This document shows positions 40,703 through 51,170 of a DNA stretch of 64,000 bases, one piece after another (positions within the stretch are counted from its first letter, which is position 1; each line of letters opens with the position of its first letter). The DNA comes from an uncultured Chloroflexia bacterium (GTDB lineage Bacteria; Chloroflexota; Anaerolineae; JAAYZQ01). Position numbers and translations under genes: made by a program. The notes below the pieces were generated by a model, which made no database searches, was not told the origin of the DNA, and saw only the letters and a program-made list of their open reading frames with translations. The stretch covers positions 1,792,001-1,856,000 of the forward strand of contig CAVOXA010000010.1 in the NCBI GenBank assembly GCA_963700285.1, read 5' to 3'.

Positions 40703-42010
40703 CTACCCAATGAGATGCAATGCAGTCTGCCTGCTCGGAAGCCACTGCAGCCTCCCATGGCTGAACGCCGCATCCTCTTCCAGAGCCATCACGACCTGCT
40801 GTCCATCCCACTCTGCGACCTCTTTGGCGACGTTCAGTTCGATGGCATAGACGGTGTCGTCAAACAGTTCATAGTCTCCCCTGCCCGGCACGCCTTCCTG
40901 ACGATCCCAGAGGCCGATTGTCGGACCGGCGCCGTGACCGTGATAGCCCAGGGGATGGGTATAGATGCTGGGGTGAAGGCCCTCGGCCTTGGCTTGCTCA
41001 AGGGCTGTACCCAGGATCTCGTTTCCCGTTTTGCCCGCAACCATCGCGTCCGCCAGAATGTCTTGGAGCCGGTTCCCTTCCGCCAGAGCCAGCCGGAGTC
41101 CATCGGGGGCATTCGTTTCGCCGGGTCTGAGGACGTAGGCGTTTTGTTGCTGATCGGTTGCCAGACCCAGGTAGTGAAACCCCACGTCGCAGTGCAGCAG
41201 GTCGCCGGGTAGAATGAGGCTTCTTGGGGCAGCCGCATGGCTTGCGCCTGGCAGATGGAAGCCCTGGCCGGCCGCCTGGATGTCCACCGTGGGCGGGAAC
41301 CAGGCGCGCAGACCCAGATCGAGGATCTTTTGACGTATCCACCACTCGACATCAGCAGTGGTCGTAATGCCCGGTTGGATAACACGGCTGGAAAATGCCT
41401 CCGCGATGATGGCATGGCCGAGCTCCGTGATACCGGGGTAGACGATCAGTTCGGCCTCACTCCGGCGTTCAAGCCAGCCAATGGCCAGACGCGTCGCGCT
41501 CCGGGTCCGGCTCATATAGGTCTCTCCCAGGGCCTCCGACAGGCGCTCATATTCACTGTGTGTGAGCCCATCGCCAAAGGCAGAGTCGCGAGCTATGTTG
41601 ACTCCAATCACGTTGGGATCTCGTCCTCTCACGATCTTGCTCAGGCATTCGTGTTGTTCCTGCTGGCCGGGATCCCAGGCGGCGCTGTAATACTCGCCGA
41701 GTCCATAGCGATCCAGTGTCAGACGCTCAACGCTCCCGTCCTCTCTTAGGAAAAAGACCAGAATCGTCCGCCGCCGCGCCGACATCGCTGGCTGGGGCAG
41801 CATGCTCATGATCACCGGATCCTCGTTGTACTCTCTGGCAACCACGATCCACATGTCAAAGCCCTCACGCTTCATGATCTCGGGCAGGATCTCGTCCAGC
41901 CTCTGTTTTAGCCACTCATTCCTCACCTCAGCCCTGGCTCGCAGGCGCAAGATCTTGTCTCGGTAGGCATCCGAACAGCCGATTTGTCCGCATGGTAGGT
42001 TCAAATTCAT
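40703..42010 (-). CDS. M24-family (Xaa-Pro) metallopeptidase
   Basis: REYNEDP, LLHCDVG..TDQQ, YTHPLGYHGHGAG, IELN, LEED. Confidence 0.85.
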   Translation of the reverse strand: MNLNLPCGQIGCSDAYRDKILRLRARAEVRNEWLKQRLDEILPEIMKREGFDMWIVVAREYNEDPVIMSMLPQPAMSARRRTILVFFLREDGSVERLTLDRYGLGEYYSAAWDPGQQEQHECLSKIVRGRDPNVIGVNIARDSAFGDGLTHSEYERLSEALGETYMSRTRSATRLAIGWLERRSEAELIVYPGITELGHAIIAEAFSSRVIQPGITTTADVEWWIRQKILDLGLRAWFPPTVDIQAAGQGFHLPGASHAAAPRSLILPGDLLHCDVGFHYLGLATDQQQNAYVLRPGETNAPDGLRLALAEGNRLQDILADAMVAGKTGNEILGTALEQAKAEGLHPSIYTHPLGYHGHGAGPTIGLWDRQEGVPGRGDYELFDDTVYAIELNVAKEVAEWDGQQVVMALEEDAAFSHGRLQWLPSRQTALHLIG

Positions 42011-42048
42011 CTCACTTTCTCCACTGGCAGGTTGTAGGATTGAGTTGT

Positions 42049-43062
42049 CTAGTCTTGCGGTACGGTGGCTTTCATCCAGCCGCTTGTATTGTGAAAATGG
42101 GACACAGCCATGCCCGGTGGGTTGAGGTCGTCAAACGCCGCACACAGTTCGGGGCCGGCTTGCATCGAGGCCACCTCCAGCATTTCTTGCAGTTGCTCCA
42201 GGTTGCGGGGGCCGATGATGGGGGATGTCACCCCCGGTTGATCTTTTACCCATAGCAGAGAGACCTGCGCCGGTGTCAGTCCGTAACGGGCCGCTATCTC
42301 GGGCACGTGAGCCGCGGTCTGCAACCCCCTGCGATTGATCCGCTGGGCATAGATACCCTGCGGGTTGGCCGCCGCCCTCGAGCCTTCGGGGAAAGGCTGG
42401 TCCACGGGATAGCGTCCGGCCAGCATGCCCATGGCGATAGGCGACCAGGGCACCATCGCCAGACCGTACCGCTGGCATAGGGGCACACGCTCATTTTCCA
42501 CGCGCCGGTCCAGGAGGTTGTAGGGCGATGATTCGACTACGTATCGAGCATAGCCCTTCGACTCGCTGACCATCAGCGCCTCCATGATCTCCCATGCCGG
42601 ATGTGTGGAGCAGCCGATGTAGCGGACTTTGCCCTGGCGGACCAGATCGGTCAGGGCGCCCAGCGTCTCGTCTACCGGTATGGCAGAGCTGGCCGAACGA
42701 TGGGTCACATAGATGTCAATATGGTCGGTCTTGAGCCGACGCAAAGAGTCCTCGCAGGCGCGCATGATGTGGTGGCGGCTGAGCCCATGGTCGTTTGGGC
42801 CATCCCCGACAGGATAGTAGACTTTGGTGAGTAGAATCACCCGATCTCGCTGGCCGGTATCATTCAAAAAACGCCCAATGATCCGCTCGCTTTCGCAGTC
42901 GTTGTAATAGTTGGCCGTATCGAAGAAATTGATGCCCGCATCCAGTGCAGTCTGCATGACCTGGCGCGATGTCTCCTCCGAGGACGGGCTGCCAAAGTTG
43001 CCCGAGCCCAGGCACAAGGCTGACACCTGCACGCCGGTTCTGCCCAACGTCCTGTATTCCAT
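42049..43062 (-). CDS. Aldo/keto reductase
   Basis: MEYRTLGRTG..FFDTANYY..SLRRLKTDHID..GKVRYIGCS..WSP. Confidence 0.9.
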   Translation of the reverse strand: MEYRTLGRTGVQVSALCLGSGNFGSPSSEETSRQVMQTALDAGINFFDTANYYNDCESERIIGRFLNDTGQRDRVILLTKVYYPVGDGPNDHGLSRHHIMRACEDSLRRLKTDHIDIYVTHRSASSAIPVDETLGALTDLVRQGKVRYIGCSTHPAWEIMEALMVSESKGYARYVVESSPYNLLDRRVENERVPLCQRYGLAMVPWSPIAMGMLAGRYPVDQPFPEGSRAAANPQGIYAQRINRRGLQTAAHVPEIAARYGLTPAQVSLLWVKDQPGVTSPIIGPRNLEQLQEMLEVASMQAGPELCAAFDDLNPPGMAVSHFHNTSGWMKATVPQD

Positions 43063-43191
43063 ATCGTCCTCCTCCTATCCGCGGGGGTTTCCTTGCGAAT
43101 GTCTGAACGGGATTGGTCGCTGCGCTCATCTTGGCCGAGCTCTGACAGCTTGCTCAAACGTTCAAGGCATCAACCTTGGCAAGGATCGTAT

Positions 43192-43596
43192 CTACTGGTG
43201 AAAGACCTCGGCCGACTCCGGTTTCAGAAACTGCTCGACCTCGTAGGTATAGCCCCCAGGGTCCTCAAAAAAGAAACAGGTCACCTGGATCTCTTCCGAG
43301 TGCTTGATCTCAGTCAGCAGTTTTACTCCCTGGCCCTTGAGATAGTCGTACCAACCGGGCACGTCGGCCACGGCCAGCGTGATCAGCACGGCATTCTTTT
43401 CCTGGGGTTTGTGAAACCCCTTGTCCCCGGCCACGAGCCCCAGGAAAGCGCTTCCACTGGTACGATAGATCTTGGCCCATCCCTGGTCCTCCACCAACTC
43501 AAAGCCAAGTACCTTCTCATAGAAGGAGGAGATGGGCTCGATGTTCGGATAATAGAGAAATGTTATCTGCGATTGGATCTTGCCTGGTCTTTGCAT
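43192..43596 (-). CDS. VOC/glyoxalase-family protein
   Basis: FYEKVLGF...FFFEDPGGYTYE. Confidence 0.8.
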   Translation of the reverse strand: MQRPGKIQSQITFLYYPNIEPISSFYEKVLGFELVEDQGWAKIYRTSGSAFLGLVAGDKGFHKPQEKNAVLITLAVADVPGWYDYLKGQGVKLLTEIKHSEEIQVTCFFFEDPGGYTYEVEQFLKPESAEVFHQ

Positions 43597-43619
43597 CCTA
43601 GGCCTCCTGTGTGGAGTAG

Positions 43620-44666
43620 TCATTCACGCTGGCGCGCCGATTCCGCCATCAATTCGGCTAGGTATGGCTTCCAGATCTCGGGCAGCGAGTGCGTCCCGTG
43701 GCCCCGTGTCTTTTCACTGGTGGGAATCAACACGTATCTTCCTCGTTTGACCCGCCTTAGCTCTCGTTCCAGGATCCCAAGTTCTGGTGGATTGACCTGG
43801 TCATCGGCCGAGTTGATTGCCAACAGGAGGGCGGTGATCGTTTCCAGCGCTGGAGCTGGGTCATAGTCGCGCGAGGCATCGACCTGATACAACAAGTCGT
43901 TGGCATCAAGATCAGTCGAAAAATCCTTGACCAACTTGTCAAAGAGGTGGTCCGCTTCTGTGAGTGTGGGTGCTTGTTTTTGCCATTGCAGCGGGCTGCT
44001 GACCATGAACAGCAAGGTATGGACTGCTGAGCTAAGGCCCTGTGGTTGGTTTTTGTATTCTCCATCCTGCCATGTAGGATCATTGCGGATGGCGTCCATG
44101 ATCATGCGCCTCGTCATCCGATTCCGTCCCGCAATCTGCACGGGCAGGCAGGCCAGAGGCATAAGCGCGTCCATGAAATCTGGGTAGCGTTCGCCCCAGA
44201 GCCAGGTATGCATGCCGCCCATGGAGGTGCCCATTACCAATCGCAGATGGTTCACGCCTAGCTCTTCTGTGAGGAGCTGAAATTGGGCGCGGACCATATC
44301 GTGGTAGGCATAGCGCGGGAAACGCGCTCGCAGGCCATCGCTTGGCTTGCTCGATTGGCCGTGCCCGATGCCGTCAGGGAGAATGATATAGTATTTGTTC
44401 GCGTCCAGCAACTGTCCTGGTCCGAACAGCTCTCCGGAAAACTGCTCTCTCAGAAATGCTTTGCCGCTCCCGCCGGTGCCGTGCAAGATCAATACGGCGT
44501 TGCGTACCTCACCGGTCTTGTCTCGAGAAGGGGCTCCAAGCGCAGTGTAATGGATTCTCAGTTCTGGGAGTAGATCGCCGCTTTCGAAGGCAAAGTCCCG
44601 AATCGTGAAATCACCCCGAGTTGGACTGGAAAATCCCCATCGGGAATCTTGGGATGACTGCTTCAT
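43620..44666 (-). CDS. Alpha/beta hydrolase, homoserine O-acetyltransferase-like
   Basis: LHGTGG, GTSMGG nucleophile elbow, DANDL, GHGTH. Confidence 0.85.
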   Translation of the reverse strand: MKQSSQDSRWGFSSPTRGDFTIRDFAFESGDLLPELRIHYTALGAPSRDKTGEVRNAVLILHGTGGSGKAFLREQFSGELFGPGQLLDANKYYIILPDGIGHGQSSKPSDGLRARFPRYAYHDMVRAQFQLLTEELGVNHLRLVMGTSMGGMHTWLWGERYPDFMDALMPLACLPVQIAGRNRMTRRMIMDAIRNDPTWQDGEYKNQPQGLSSAVHTLLFMVSSPLQWQKQAPTLTEADHLFDKLVKDFSTDLDANDLLYQVDASRDYDPAPALETITALLLAINSADDQVNPPELGILERELRRVKRGRYVLIPTSEKTRGHGTHSLPEIWKPYLAELMAESARQRE

Positions 44667-44735
44667 GTCTTACTCTCCCACAAGTATTGGTACTGCGACG
44701 CAAGATCTGCAAGTTCGACGGCAGGATCTGCGCAT

Positions 44736-45713
44736 CTAGGATAGGGCGTAACCCAACCGTCGAAGGTCCTGTTCATTTCTGCGCCATTTCTGCCTGACCT
44801 TGACCCAGAGCTCCAGATAAACGCGCGTACCCAGTAGTTTTTCGATCTCGCGCCGGGCATCCTGGCCGATGCGCTTGATCATGTCCCCCTGACGGCCCAG
44901 GATGATGGCTTTTTGGGTGTCGCGCTCCACAAAGATGTTGGCGCTGATATAGGTCATGTTCTCACTGCGCTCCTTGAACTCCTGAACGATGACTGCCACC
45001 GAGTAGGGTATCTCCTGTCGCAGGTGACGGATCACTTGTTCGCGAACCAGTTCGGCGGCCATGAAGCGCAACTGCTGGTCGGTAACCTGTTCCTCTGGAT
45101 AGTAGCGGGGGCCGAGGGGTAGCTGCTTGATGGTCTCTCCAAGCAATTCGTCCAGTTTGTCGCCCTGAAGTGCCGAGATCAGAAACGAGTCATCGAACTC
45201 GCCCAAGGCCTGGTAGGCTTCTACGTGCTCGGTCGCTGCCTCCGGTGGCAGTAGATCTCCCTTGTTCAGAACCAGGATGACCGGCGTCCGGCATTGCTGG
45301 CGAAGGATCTCTGCGATCTGGAGGTCTTCGTCGCCGGGTAGCCGCGAGACGTCCACCAGGAAAAGTACGACTTCGGCATCGGGGATAGCGCGGACGGCCG
45401 TCTCGACCATATACGCGCCCAGGTCGTGCAGGGGTTGGTGGATACCCGGTGTGTCCACAAAGATGATCTGGGCATCAGCGATATCCCCTCGTTCCCGTTC
45501 CATCGTCAGGATACCGAGAAGCCGGTTGCGCGTCGTCTGCGGTTTTGGGGAAACGATGGCGATCTTTTGACCCAGGTAGGCGTTCATCAACGTCGACTTG
45601 CCCGCATTGGGCTTGCCCACCACGGCCACAAAGCCAGACCTGTGATCCGGCGGCAGGTCCTCAGGCATCAAGAGTTCTGCCAAGTCTTGTTCTATCATCG
45701 GGCCTGTACTCAT
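44736..45713 (-). CDS. era: GTPase Era
   Basis: GKPNAGKSTL, PQTTR, DTPG, NKGD, EIPYS, KH domain with VYLELWVKV. Confidence 0.97.
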   Translation of the reverse strand: MSTGPMIEQDLAELLMPEDLPPDHRSGFVAVVGKPNAGKSTLMNAYLGQKIAIVSPKPQTTRNRLLGILTMERERGDIADAQIIFVDTPGIHQPLHDLGAYMVETAVRAIPDAEVVLFLVDVSRLPGDEDLQIAEILRQQCRTPVILVLNKGDLLPPEAATEHVEAYQALGEFDDSFLISALQGDKLDELLGETIKQLPLGPRYYPEEQVTDQQLRFMAAELVREQVIRHLRQEIPYSVAVIVQEFKERSENMTYISANIFVERDTQKAIILGRQGDMIKRIGQDARREIEKLLGTRVYLELWVKVRQKWRRNEQDLRRLGYALS

Positions 45714-45728
45714 CCTACGCCTCCCGTA

Positions 45729-46418
45729 TCACGCCTCACGAACCTTGAATGGATTAAAGTCCGTATCAATATCATACACATCTTCGTTCTCCTCGCGCTT
45801 CAAAAACTCAGTGGCCCGGTAGGTGATGGGCGTCATGACCGCCTCCAGGCCGCACTTGAAGATATAGTTGGAGATGATGATGCTCCAGAACAGAGACCAG
45901 GGCAGCGCCCCGGCAAAAGCGATGGTCACAAAGAGAACAGTATCCACGCCTTGGCCCACCAGCGTGCTGCCGATAGTCCTGGTCCAGAGCCAGCGGCCCT
46001 GGGTCAGAACCTTCATCCTGGCCAGCGTGTAAGAGTTGCTAAACTCGCCGGCAAAGTAGGCGATGAGAGAGGCGAGGACGATGCGCGGCGTTGTCCCCAG
46101 GATGGCTTCATAGGCATCCTGGAACTCCCATCCCTCGGCCGGGGGTAGGGCCCCCACGACTGTGAGGACCACCGCCATCAACGCGGCGCACCCAAATCCA
46201 ACCCAAATGACCCGTCGGCTGCGTTGGTAGCCATAGACCTCTGTCAGGATGTCGCCGAAAATATAACTGATGGGAAAGAGCAATGTCCCGCCGTCAAAAG
46301 TGAAAGGGCCCATCTTCAGGATCTTGGTCGAGGCGATGTTGCTGATCAAAAGCACGGCCACAAAGAGGGCCATGATCAGGTCAAAGTACTTGTACCCTCG
46401 CTGTTCCGAATGCGTCAT
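45729..46418 (-). CDS. Queuosine precursor transporter (YhhQ/VUT family)
   Basis: SNIASTK, FPISYIFGDILTEVYG, RTIGSTLVGQGVDT; start MTHSEQ after GAAGG. Confidence 0.88.
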   Translation of the reverse strand: MTHSEQRGYKYFDLIMALFVAVLLISNIASTKILKMGPFTFDGGTLLFPISYIFGDILTEVYGYQRSRRVIWVGFGCAALMAVVLTVVGALPPAEGWEFQDAYEAILGTTPRIVLASLIAYFAGEFSNSYTLARMKVLTQGRWLWTRTIGSTLVGQGVDTVLFVTIAFAGALPWSLFWSIIISNYIFKCGLEAVMTPITYRATEFLKREENEDVYDIDTDFNPFKVREA

Positions 46419-46425
46419 CGCCCTT

Positions 46426-47517
46426 CTACGCTTCCGCTGTTGCTTCCCGGCCTTGCTGGCGCCTTTGCATCCAGCCCACATAACGGGGCAGAATGCGGGT
46501 ATACAACCGGTACGCGGTCCGGCTGCCGGGGAAATCCCAGGCTCCGACCCCTTGGGCCACCCGCCCTCCCAGTCCGAGCTTGAAGCGCACCACACCCCAC
46601 ATCGGGTCCGACTCGTCCAGTTGATTGGGGGCGCCCCACAAGTCATAAAGGCTGCAGCCGGCGGCTTTGGCCCTGCGGATGGCCTCCCACTGCAACAGAT
46701 TGTTGGGCATGGTTTTCCGGTGACGGGTTGACGAGGCTCCGTACATGTACCAGGCTGTTGGACCAAAGGTAAAGAGGATGAGCCCGGCCAGGGCTTCGCC
46801 ATCGACCTCAGCTAGGAGGAGATGGGCCAACCCGGCCTCCAGGAAGGTACCCCATGCGTCATGGTAATAGTCCCGAGTACGGATGAGGAAGCCATCTCTT
46901 TGGGATGTTTCGGCATAGAGTTGGTAAAACAGATCCAGATCTGTGGTCGTACCCTGGCGAACGGTCACCCCACGCCGTACGGCCAGCCGCACGTTGTAGC
47001 GGGTTTTCTGCTTCATCGCCGCCATCAAGTCCTCTTCAGAGCGATTCAGATCCAATAGAACCGTGTTGCAGAACTGGATCTGTTCATCTGAATAGCGCCA
47101 GCCACGCTGTTCCAGCCGGTGGGCTGTGTCCAGAGCACATGCCGGTCTTGGCGAAAAGTCCGGCGTGCGATCAGGATAGTACACGTCAGGGTCGATTTTG
47201 ATACAGATCGCTCGTCGCTGCCGGGCCAGAGCCTCCAGATCGGCCAGAACATGCTCAACCAACGGGCGGTCGGTCCAGTCAAGGAGCGGCCCTTTGGGTA
47301 CGTACAGGAGAGATAAGGGAAAATGTTGCATTTTGCGCTGCAGCACCGACGCGGCGGCCAGGGCTTGCCCATTCTCTTGCCAGAGCAGGCGCGTGGCGTA
47401 CCAGCCGTGCCTGGCCTTGAACTCGCCCCACTCCCAGCTCTGAAGGATCTGGGGATTGGGTAGAGCTAGCAGTGCATGATCCCAAGCGTGAGCCTCGCTG
47501 ATTTGGATGGTGTGCAT
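46426..47517 (-). CDS. FemAB/FemX-family peptidoglycan bridge aminoacyltransferase
   Basis: LQSWEWGEFK, YVPKGP, KQKTRYNVRLA, YMYGAS, YDLWG, FKLGLGG. Confidence 0.9.
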   Translation of the reverse strand: MHTIQISEAHAWDHALLALPNPQILQSWEWGEFKARHGWYATRLLWQENGQALAAASVLQRKMQHFPLSLLYVPKGPLLDWTDRPLVEHVLADLEALARQRRAICIKIDPDVYYPDRTPDFSPRPACALDTAHRLEQRGWRYSDEQIQFCNTVLLDLNRSEEDLMAAMKQKTRYNVRLAVRRGVTVRQGTTTDLDLFYQLYAETSQRDGFLIRTRDYYHDAWGTFLEAGLAHLLLAEVDGEALAGLILFTFGPTAWYMYGASSTRHRKTMPNNLLQWEAIRRAKAAGCSLYDLWGAPNQLDESDPMWGVVRFKLGLGGRVAQGVGAWDFPGSRTAYRLYTRILPRYVGWMQRRQQGREATAEA

Positions 47518-48572
47518 CAGTCAGCCTGTCTGCGGTTGAGCCAGCCCAGCGCGCCTTTGTAAAGCTGGTATCGCAGGGGCGAGTAGACCAGGTCCCAGGC
47601 CCCGATGGTTCGCACCAAACGCCCGCCAAAGCCCCGCTTGAATCGATAGACTCCCCACAAGCCATCGCTCCTCTTGGTAAAGTCAGATTCTAGCGTGGAT
47701 TCCTCCTCATCGGGCACGCCCCACAGGTCATAGATTCGACAGCCCTGTTCTCTGGCCCAGAGCATCGCCTGCCACTGGAGCAGATAGGCGGGCATCAGAC
47801 CGCGGCTCTCGCCAGACGAGGCACCGTACATGTAGCAGGCCGTGTCGCCTGTAGCCATTACCACCAGCCCTGCTAGCAGCTTCTCCTCGTGCTCGGCCAA
47901 CAACAGGCAGCCTCGTCCCGGCTGAACGAATAGCCGGTACGCGGTATCATAGTAGGCTTGGTTGTGGATGCCAAACCCGTCCCGTTCTGCGGTGGTTTCC
48001 ATGAGGTCGTAAAAGTCCTGGAGATCGCCCTCGTTCCCAGCTCGAATTGTGACGCCTTTCCGTCCTGCCAGACGGATGTTGTAGCGCGTTTTCTGTTTCA
48101 TCCGTTGCAGCAACGCATCCGGCTCGCCTTGAAGATCTACTACGATGGTGCGGCGGGGTTGGATCGGCTGAGGGCTAGCTTCAAAGCCCATGGACATCAA
48201 TCGCGTGGCAAGTGCAGGATCGTCTTCCTCATCGGGCTCGATCTTTAGGCAGATGGCCCGCATTCGCCTGGCGCTGGGTTGAATGGCCTCCAGCAGGTCC
48301 TGCAAGGCAACGTGGCCGCCCGGCGACAGGGCAGGATCCACAACGGGTCCTTTGGGAATGTAGGCGATGGTACCCAACCCACCTGGCAGGTTGCGGTATA
48401 GTATCTGGGCGCGGGCAGGGCCTAGCTCCAGTCTCTGAACATGCCAACCGAAGCCAGATTTCAGTTCGCCCCAAGCCCAACTCTGCAGGACGTGTCCGCC
48501 GGAGGAAACGACCAAGCTGTCCCAGGAACTCGCATCGTCTGGCTGGTCAAAAAACCGCGCGCTTGACGTCAT
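47517..48572 (-). CDS. FemAB/FemX-family aminoacyltransferase (paralog)
   Basis: LQSWAWGELK, YIPKGP, KQKTRYNIRLA, YMYGAS, YDLWG, FKRGFGG; start at MTSSARF. Confidence 0.9.
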   Translation of the reverse strand: MTSSARFFDQPDDASSWDSLVVSSGGHVLQSWAWGELKSGFGWHVQRLELGPARAQILYRNLPGGLGTIAYIPKGPVVDPALSPGGHVALQDLLEAIQPSARRMRAICLKIEPDEEDDPALATRLMSMGFEASPQPIQPRRTIVVDLQGEPDALLQRMKQKTRYNIRLAGRKGVTIRAGNEGDLQDFYDLMETTAERDGFGIHNQAYYDTAYRLFVQPGRGCLLLAEHEEKLLAGLVVMATGDTACYMYGASSGESRGLMPAYLLQWQAMLWAREQGCRIYDLWGVPDEEESTLESDFTKRSDGLWGVYRFKRGFGGRLVRTIGAWDLVYSPLRYQLYKGALGWLNRRQAD

Positions 48573-48619
48573 GTCGTGATTATAGCATGGATCGGTGGAA
48601 AGGGGCAAAGGACCAGCGC

Positions 48620-49429
48620 TTATGGCCGGGGGTCGATGAGATCCAACCCTGCGCCCAGGCCAAAGCGCGCATACAGGACTGCCGCAAAGACCACCAGGAC
48701 AACGCTCAAGTAGACATAGTCCACGAGCCGGAAGGCGATATCGTGGTAGTAAGTCCGGCGGGCTCCGGAATATCCCAGTGCCCGGGACTCTAGCGCCTGG
48801 CCCAGTTTGTCCGCCGTGCGAAGGGCGCTGATGATCATGGCCACCAGGATCGGCAGATACTGGCGCAGACGCTGGACAAGAGATCCCTTGCCCAGATCCA
48901 GGGCGCGTGCCTGCTGGGCTTCTGATACCGTACCATAGAGCCCGTAGAAGGTGGGGATGTAGCGCAGGCTGAGGGCGAGTACCAGCCCGCCGTTGTACGG
49001 CAGCCCCAATTTGACAAAGCTGCGCACGATTTTGGTTTGGTCGGTGGTAAACATCCAGGAGAATACGAGGAAGGCGATGGCATCCAGCCGCAGTACCAGA
49101 GCCAAGCCTCGAACTGCGGCCAGGGGAGTGATCTCTAGGAACAGAAACTGGAACAGTACGGGGCCTTCTGGGTAAAAGATGACAAAGAGGACAGGGATAA
49201 GGATATTGATGGGGAGCATGCGCTTCCATACCCACCCAATGTTTTCCTTTGGGATTTTGGCAGACAGGATCAGGAGGTGGCTGAGAACCAAGGCCAGCAG
49301 AACGGCAAAGACATTTTTGAACAACAGAATGCTGACGATCCCCAGGACAACAGAGAGGACCTTGATTCGCGGGTCCATCCTATGGAGCCACGAACCCCTT
49401 TCGACGTAGAGATCGGCATTGAAGGACAC
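48620..49429 (-). CDS. ecfT: ECF transporter transmembrane T component
   Basis: LHRMDPRIK, LRYIP, AQQARA, ALESRA. Confidence 0.9.
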   Translation of the reverse strand: MSFNADLYVERGSWLHRMDPRIKVLSVVLGIVSILLFKNVFAVLLALVLSHLLILSAKIPKENIGWVWKRMLPINILIPVLFVIFYPEGPVLFQFLFLEITPLAAVRGLALVLRLDAIAFLVFSWMFTTDQTKIVRSFVKLGLPYNGGLVLALSLRYIPTFYGLYGTVSEAQQARALDLGKGSLVQRLRQYLPILVAMIISALRTADKLGQALESRALGYSGARRTYYHDIAFRLVDYVYLSVVLVVFAAVLYARFGLGAGLDLIDPRP

Positions 49430-49442
49430 GGCGCGGCACCCC

Positions 49443-50279
49443 TCAGTCTTGGGCTCTCAGCCGGGCGTAAGCATCAAAACACTCTTGCACGGTCAGAATA
49501 CCTTCAGGCATACCCAGCGGGCGCAGCCGGTTGGCCAGTTTCATGATCTGGGGCGGCTCGATCTGCGTCTGGCGGAGGGTTTCTGTCTGGCAAAAGACTG
49601 AGCGCGTATCGTCATAGAGCAGCACCTGTCCGTCCCGCAGCACCAGGGTTTGCTCGGTGAATGCGGCCGCAACTTTCATGTCATGCGTTACCATCAGGAT
49701 GGTATGCCCCTGCCGGTGCAGCTCCTGGAGCAGGAAGATCAGGTCGAGGGTGCTCTGCCAATCAAGCCCTGCTGTCGGTTCATCGAGAACCAGGATCTCC
49801 GGGCGCATGGCATATACGGCTGCGATGGTGATCTTGCGCCTCAGACCAAACCCCAACAGGGCTGGCGGCTCCTCAGCATGCGCTGCCAGCCCAAAGAGTT
49901 CCAGCGTTTCGTTGGTACGTTGTTCCACTACTTCAGGCGGCAGGCCCAGGTTTTTCGGTCCAAAGGCCAGTTCTTCGCGCGTCGACGCGCAAAAGATCTG
50001 GTGATCGGGATTCTGGAACACATAGCCCACCAATCTTGCCAACTGCCCTATGGAACGCTGGCTGGTATCCTGGCCGTCAACCAGGACGCGCCCCCGTGCT
50101 GGCCGGAGCAACCCGTTTAGGTGCTTGACCAACGTCGTTTTTCCCGAGCCATTCTGGCCCAGTATGGCCAGGAAGGTACCCCGCGGTATCTCGAGGCTGA
50201 TCCCCCGCAGGGCAACGATCTCGTCGCTGTATTGGTACCACAAGTCCTCAGTGGTGATGCACGGGCCGTTCTCATCCAC
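49443..50279 (-). CDS. ECF transporter ATPase
   Basis: GQNGSGKTT, VFQNPDHQI, LDEPTAGLD. Confidence 0.9.
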   Translation of the reverse strand: MDENGPCITTEDLWYQYSDEIVALRGISLEIPRGTFLAILGQNGSGKTTLVKHLNGLLRPARGRVLVDGQDTSQRSIGQLARLVGYVFQNPDHQIFCASTREELAFGPKNLGLPPEVVEQRTNETLELFGLAAHAEEPPALLGFGLRRKITIAAVYAMRPEILVLDEPTAGLDWQSTLDLIFLLQELHRQGHTILMVTHDMKVAAAFTEQTLVLRDGQVLLYDDTRSVFCQTETLRQTQIEPPQIMKLANRLRPLGMPEGILTVQECFDAYARLRAQD

Positions 50280-51153
50280 GTCGGACCGCTTTCTGCTCAG
50301 ATGCCTCCAGTTGCCCGGCTAGCGCAGTGTATGCGTCATCCAGACGGACGAATCCATAGTCGGTGCCCAACCGGCGGTTGTGCAGATCCCCAAACTGGCT
50401 TACCTGGGGGACTGACAAACCGATCCTTTCCATGGCCCCCACCTGGCCAAAGACTTCACTGGGAGTGCCTTCCATCGCGACCACGCCATCTTCCAAGACC
50501 ACCACCCAATCCGAGAACTCGGCGATGGTTTCTGCATCCTGTTCAACCATGATGATGGTCATGCCCTCTTGGCGTTTCAGCTCCTGTACTACTTGGAATA
50601 CCTCTGTGGTGCCGACAGGATCCAGTCCCGATGTCGGCTCGTCCAGCACCATGATTTTGGGCTGCATGGCCAAGATGGAGGCGATGGCGACGCGCTGTTT
50701 CTGTCCTCCTGAAAGATGAAAGGGCGACCGCCGGCGGAAAGCCTGCATGCCAACGATGCCCAACGCCCAATCGATCCGCTCGGCGATGATAGCTGGCTCA
50801 ACACCGAGGCTTTCAGGGCCAAAGGCTACCTCGTCCTCGACCGTCATATTGAAAAACTGGCTCTCAGGGTCTTGAAATACGATCCCTACCATGGAGGCCA
50901 GGGTAGCCACATCAGCTTCCCTGGTATTCAACCCTTGTATCCACACGTCACCGCCAAAGACACCACCGGTTGAGTGGGGAACGATACCGTTGAGTGCCAG
51001 GCAGAGCGTGGTTTTGCCCACGCCGGTGGGGCCCATGATGGACACAAACCTGCCGCTCTCAACGAGCAGATCCAGACCCTTGAAGACAGAAACTGGCTGC
51101 CCTTTGGCGACCAGCGAAGGGTAGGAGAAATGCAGGTTTGAGATCTGAATCAT
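50272..51153 (-). CDS. ECF transporter ATPase
   Basis: GPTGVGKTT, FQDPESQ, LSGGQKQR, LDEPTSGLD. Confidence 0.9.
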   Translation of the reverse strand: MIQISNLHFSYPSLVAKGQPVSVFKGLDLLVESGRFVSIMGPTGVGKTTLCLALNGIVPHSTGGVFGGDVWIQGLNTREADVATLASMVGIVFQDPESQFFNMTVEDEVAFGPESLGVEPAIIAERIDWALGIVGMQAFRRRSPFHLSGGQKQRVAIASILAMQPKIMVLDEPTSGLDPVGTTEVFQVVQELKRQEGMTIIMVEQDAETIAEFSDWVVVLEDGVVAMEGTPSEVFGQVGAMERIGLSVPQVSQFGDLHNRRLGTDYGFVRLDDAYTALAGQLEASEQKAVRRG

Positions 51154-51170
51154 TGCCACACAGTACGAGC

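Noticed and set aside
47517-49235. Long N-terminal extensions in the ORF track (femAB 572 aa, yhhQ 357 aa, ECF ATPase 414 aa)
   Set aside because: The extensions overlap upstream genes in another frame; internal starts give family-typical lengths.
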